From NCBI GenBank assembly GCA_030531905.1, contig JAUNMG010000001.1:56569-120568 (forward strand): a DNA stretch of 64,000 nucleotides, given 5' to 3'. This document shows positions 61,447 to 64,000 of this stretch, piece by piece (within the stretch, counting starts at the first letter, position 1; the number at the start of each line of letters is the position of its first letter). The notes under the pieces were generated by a model. That model had not been told where the DNA came from and did no database searches. It worked only from the letters and a program-made list of their open reading frames with translations. Source of the stretch: a bacterium (GTDB lineage Bacteria > Bacillota_I > Bacilli_A > RF39 > UBA660). Made by a program: the position numbers and the translations under genes.

Positions 61447-61452
61447 GTGAAT

Positions 61453-61887
61453 ATGATGTATTTTCTAAATAGAAAAAAGATGAAAGATATAGTAGATGAT
61501 TTATATTTGTCAGGAGTATTGTTTGGAATAGAAAACAGAAGTTATAAGATAGGTACAGTAGTTATTAAAAACTTAGAAATTTATGATAAAAAATTAGCTC
61601 ATCCAATCGCTATTATGCAAGTAAAGAAAAAATATGAAAAGCTTATGAAGATACTACCTGATTTACTAATAAGTGATGATGATAGTGGAGAAAGTATTAG
61701 ACATGCTTTAAATGAAATAGAAAGATTTAGACAAATAATCAAAAATAAATATCGTGAATATTTAAAAGAAAAAGATTTAAAATTAATGTCTAGTCAGTTG
61801 AAAGTGCTTCAACGTGAGGCAAAAGCAAAATATTTAGAAATACAAAATAGCTATAGTTATGCCTCTTTTAAAGGCAGTAGTAAATAA
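61453..61887 (+). CDS. hypothetical protein
   Basis: About 145-aa ORF immediately after trmD, where rplS is usually found. Predicted helical, no motifs. Confidence 0.4.
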   Translation: MMYFLNRKKMKDIVDDLYLSGVLFGIENRSYKIGTVVIKNLEIYDKKLAHPIAIMQVKKKYEKLMKILPDLLISDDDSGESIRHALNEIERFRQIIKNKYREYLKEKDLKLMSSQLKVLQREAKAKYLEIQNSYSYASFKGSSK

Positions 61888-61971
61888 AGTGTAAATAAAG
61901 CTTACTTTCATCTATTTTTTTCTTGTAAGAATGAAATTTTTGATATAATCAAGAAAAGAAAGAGGTGCGTT

Positions 61972-62751
61972 ATGGAAGAAAAGAAGAAGAGTGGGAAAGG
62001 AAAAACAGTATTTATAGTATTTTTAATTTTAGTAATTATTGGTCTTTCTGCTTATATTTGTTATGATAAGTTTCTAATAGGTGAAAAGAAGTGTGAAATT
62101 ACAAAAGCTGATGATAGTGAAGAAGAAAATGTTGAAATATTAGACATTTATTCTAAAGAAGTACAGAATCTATATAATGAAACTCATCCATTTGGATGCT
62201 TAACTGGATTTGATAACTTGTATTATAAAGGTGCTGTTACATATTCTAATTTAAAGAACTATGCATTCTATATGGGTGTTAGAATGCTTGAAGAAGAAAA
62301 AAATTCTAATACATTGGATAGTTTTACTTATGATGAAGTTAATGCTAAGGCAAAAACTATTTTTGGAAAAGATTTTATTTTAGAAGATAAAGAATACAGC
62401 TTATGTCCATATAAATATGATAGTCAAACCAAGACATATACATTTGATAAAGATGGTGGATGTGGATGTACAACTGGTCCAGAAGGTCCAATTGAAAATT
62501 TATATAAGGCTGTAAAGAAAGATAATACTATTGAAATATATGAAGCAGTTATTTATAGCAAGGCCGATGAAGAAGGAAATATTATGGGATACTATAAGGA
62601 TGCTTTATATAATCAAAAAATAAATGATGCTTGTTATGATGAAAAATTCTCATCTAAAGCCTGTATTGATGGTAGTACTAAGTACAAATATATTTTTGAA
62701 AAAGAAAAAGATAATTACATTTTGAAAAATGTTTATAAAGATACTGAATAA
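61972..62751 (+). CDS. hypothetical membrane-anchored Cys-containing protein
   Basis: N-terminal TM helix (VFIVFLILVIIGLSAYICY) followed by a soluble domain with 8 Cys. RBS GAGGTG. Confidence 0.45.
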   Translation: MEEKKKSGKGKTVFIVFLILVIIGLSAYICYDKFLIGEKKCEITKADDSEEENVEILDIYSKEVQNLYNETHPFGCLTGFDNLYYKGAVTYSNLKNYAFYMGVRMLEEEKNSNTLDSFTYDEVNAKAKTIFGKDFILEDKEYSLCPYKYDSQTKTYTFDKDGGCGCTTGPEGPIENLYKAVKKDNTIEIYEAVIYSKADEEGNIMGYYKDALYNQKINDACYDEKFSSKACIDGSTKYKYIFEKEKDNYILKNVYKDTE

Positions 62752-62757
62752 TTTTTA

Positions 62758-62791
62758 GATAATTCGTACTATACGAGTTATCTTTTTTTTG
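62758..62791 (+). terminator. rho-independent terminator
   Basis: AATTCGTA...TACGAGTT imperfect stem followed by T8. It overlaps the -10 TATAAT of the phosphoketolase promoter. Confidence 0.5.
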
Positions 62792-62822
62792 GTATAATCT
62801 ATTTAGAATAGAGGGATAGATT

Positions 62823-64000
62823 ATGAAATATTTAACAAAAGAAGAGAATTTAAAACTACATAAGTATTTTAATGCTTTAAATTATTTATCAGTTGGACAA
62901 CTATATTTACTTGATAATCCACTTTTAAAAAGAAAATTAAGTATTAATGATATAAAGCCTAATGTTGTTGGTCACTGGGGAACAGCTCCAGGTCAAAACT
63001 TTCTTTATATGCATCTTAACAGAATGATTAAAAAATATGATTTAGATATGATTTATATATCTGGTCCAGGTCATGGTGGAGAAGCTATGATTGCGAATAA
63101 CTACTTAGAAGGTGTTTATACTAAATTTTATAAAGATATTACTATGGATGAAGCTGGAATGAAAAAATTATTTAAGCAATTTTCTTTTCCAGGTGGGGTA
63201 TCATCTCATGTTGCTCCAGAAACACCTGGTTCTATTCATGAAGGTGGAGAATTAGGATATAGTCTTGCTCATGCAACAGGGGCAGTTTTAGATAATCCTA
63301 ATTTAATCGCAGCTTGTTGTGTAGGTGATGGAGAAGCAGAAACAGGACCACTTGCTACTTCTTGGAACTTTAATAAATTTTTAAATCCAAAGACAGATGG
63401 AATAGTACTACCAATTCTTCATCGTAATGGTTATAAGATTGCAAACCCTACTGTTTTTGGTAGAATGACTAAATTTGAAATGGAAGAATTTTTCTCAGGA
63501 CTTGGTTTTAAACCATACTTTGTAACTGGTTCAGATATTACTAAAATGAATGATGATATGGCTCGTACTCTTGAAAAAGTTATTAAAAATATTAAACAAT
63601 TAAAAGATGGAGTTACTTCTAAATGGCCAGTTATTATTTTAACTACTCCAAAGGGTTGGACTGGTCCTAAAATAGTTGAAGAAAAACAAATAGAAGGCAG
63701 TTTTAGAGCTCATCAAATTCCAATTACAATATCTAATTCTAAATTAGAAGGATTAACTTTAGTTGAAAAATGGCTTAAGAGTTATCATCCAGAAGAGTTA
63801 TTTGATGAGAATGGAAAACTAATTAAAGAATTACGTGACTTAAATCCAAAACTTGAAAAGTGTATGGGAATGAGTAAATATGCTAATGGGGGATTATTAT
63901 TAAAAGATTTAATTACTCCTAATTGGGAAGATTATGCACTTGATATAAAAATTCCAGGTGAAAAAGATTTCCAAGATACAATTCAATTAGGTGCTTATGT
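62823..64000 (+). CDS. xfp: xylulose-5-phosphate/fructose-6-phosphate phosphoketolase (3' truncated by window edge)
   Basis: GHWGTAPG motif and TPP-binding GDGEAETGP. The ORF runs off the end of the window, which is why it is absent from the ORF track. Confidence 0.85.
   Translation, partial: MKYLTKEENLKLHKYFNALNYLSVGQLYLLDNPLLKRKLSINDIKPNVVGHWGTAPGQNFLYMHLNRMIKKYDLDMIYISGPGHGGEAMIANNYLEGVYTKFYKDITMDEAGMKKLFKQFSFPGGVSSHVAPETPGSIHEGGELGYSLAHATGAVLDNPNLIAACCVGDGEAETGPLATSWNFNKFLNPKTDGIVLPILHRNGYKIANPTVFGRMTKFEMEEFFSGLGFKPYFVTGSDITKMNDDMARTLEKVIKNIKQLKDGVTSKWPVIILTTPKGWTGPKIVEEKQIEGSFRAHQIPITISNSKLEGLTLVEKWLKSYHPEELFDENGKLIKELRDLNPKLEKCMGMSKYANGGLLLKDLITPNWEDYALDIKIPGEKDFQDTIQLGAY

Noticed and set aside
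1-64000. CRISPR arrays, rRNA or tRNA genes
   Set aside because: I found no regularly spaced direct repeats and no tRNA-like cloverleaf-length GC-rich islands. All intergenic regions are extremely AT-rich and short.

Overview
Very AT-rich (about 27-28% GC) Firmicute chromosomal window, from a spore-former (spoIIR, whiA and an rpoE delta subunit are present) and probably gut-associated. The backbone is housekeeping with Bacillus-like synteny: argS-rpoE-prfA-prmC-spoIIR-mntP-murA-rpmE-rpiB, M23 peptidase-mreB-tagO, csp-hpf-secA, prfB carrying its programmed +1 frameshift, ftsE-ftsX-M23 activator, uvrB ... uvrA-lgt-yvcK-whiA, and rimM-trmD. Interspersed accessory and decaying material includes:
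- a complete but unusually arranged agr-like quorum-sensing locus (RR-HK on plus, convergent agrD-agrB on minus);
- a secA-distal island remnant (AAC(6')-like and GNAT fragments, an integrase N-terminal fragment);
- a spore-surface-like cluster (BclA-like collagen protein, two diverged beta-helix paralogs in inverted orientation about 13 kb apart, DUF11-like and Ig-like small proteins);
- a membrane-anchored serpin and a Qnr-like pentapeptide-repeat protein;
- three copies of the first ~270 nt of uvrB in a tandem array, each earlier copy followed by a cargo gene (the most striking feature);
- a radical SAM/SPASM gene translationally coupled to uvrB;
- a stand-alone IS200/IS605-type tnpB split at an A8 tract, between uvrB and uvrA.
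I recognised no rRNA, tRNA or CRISPR array. All calls come from reading the sequence and ORF translations; no database searches were possible.
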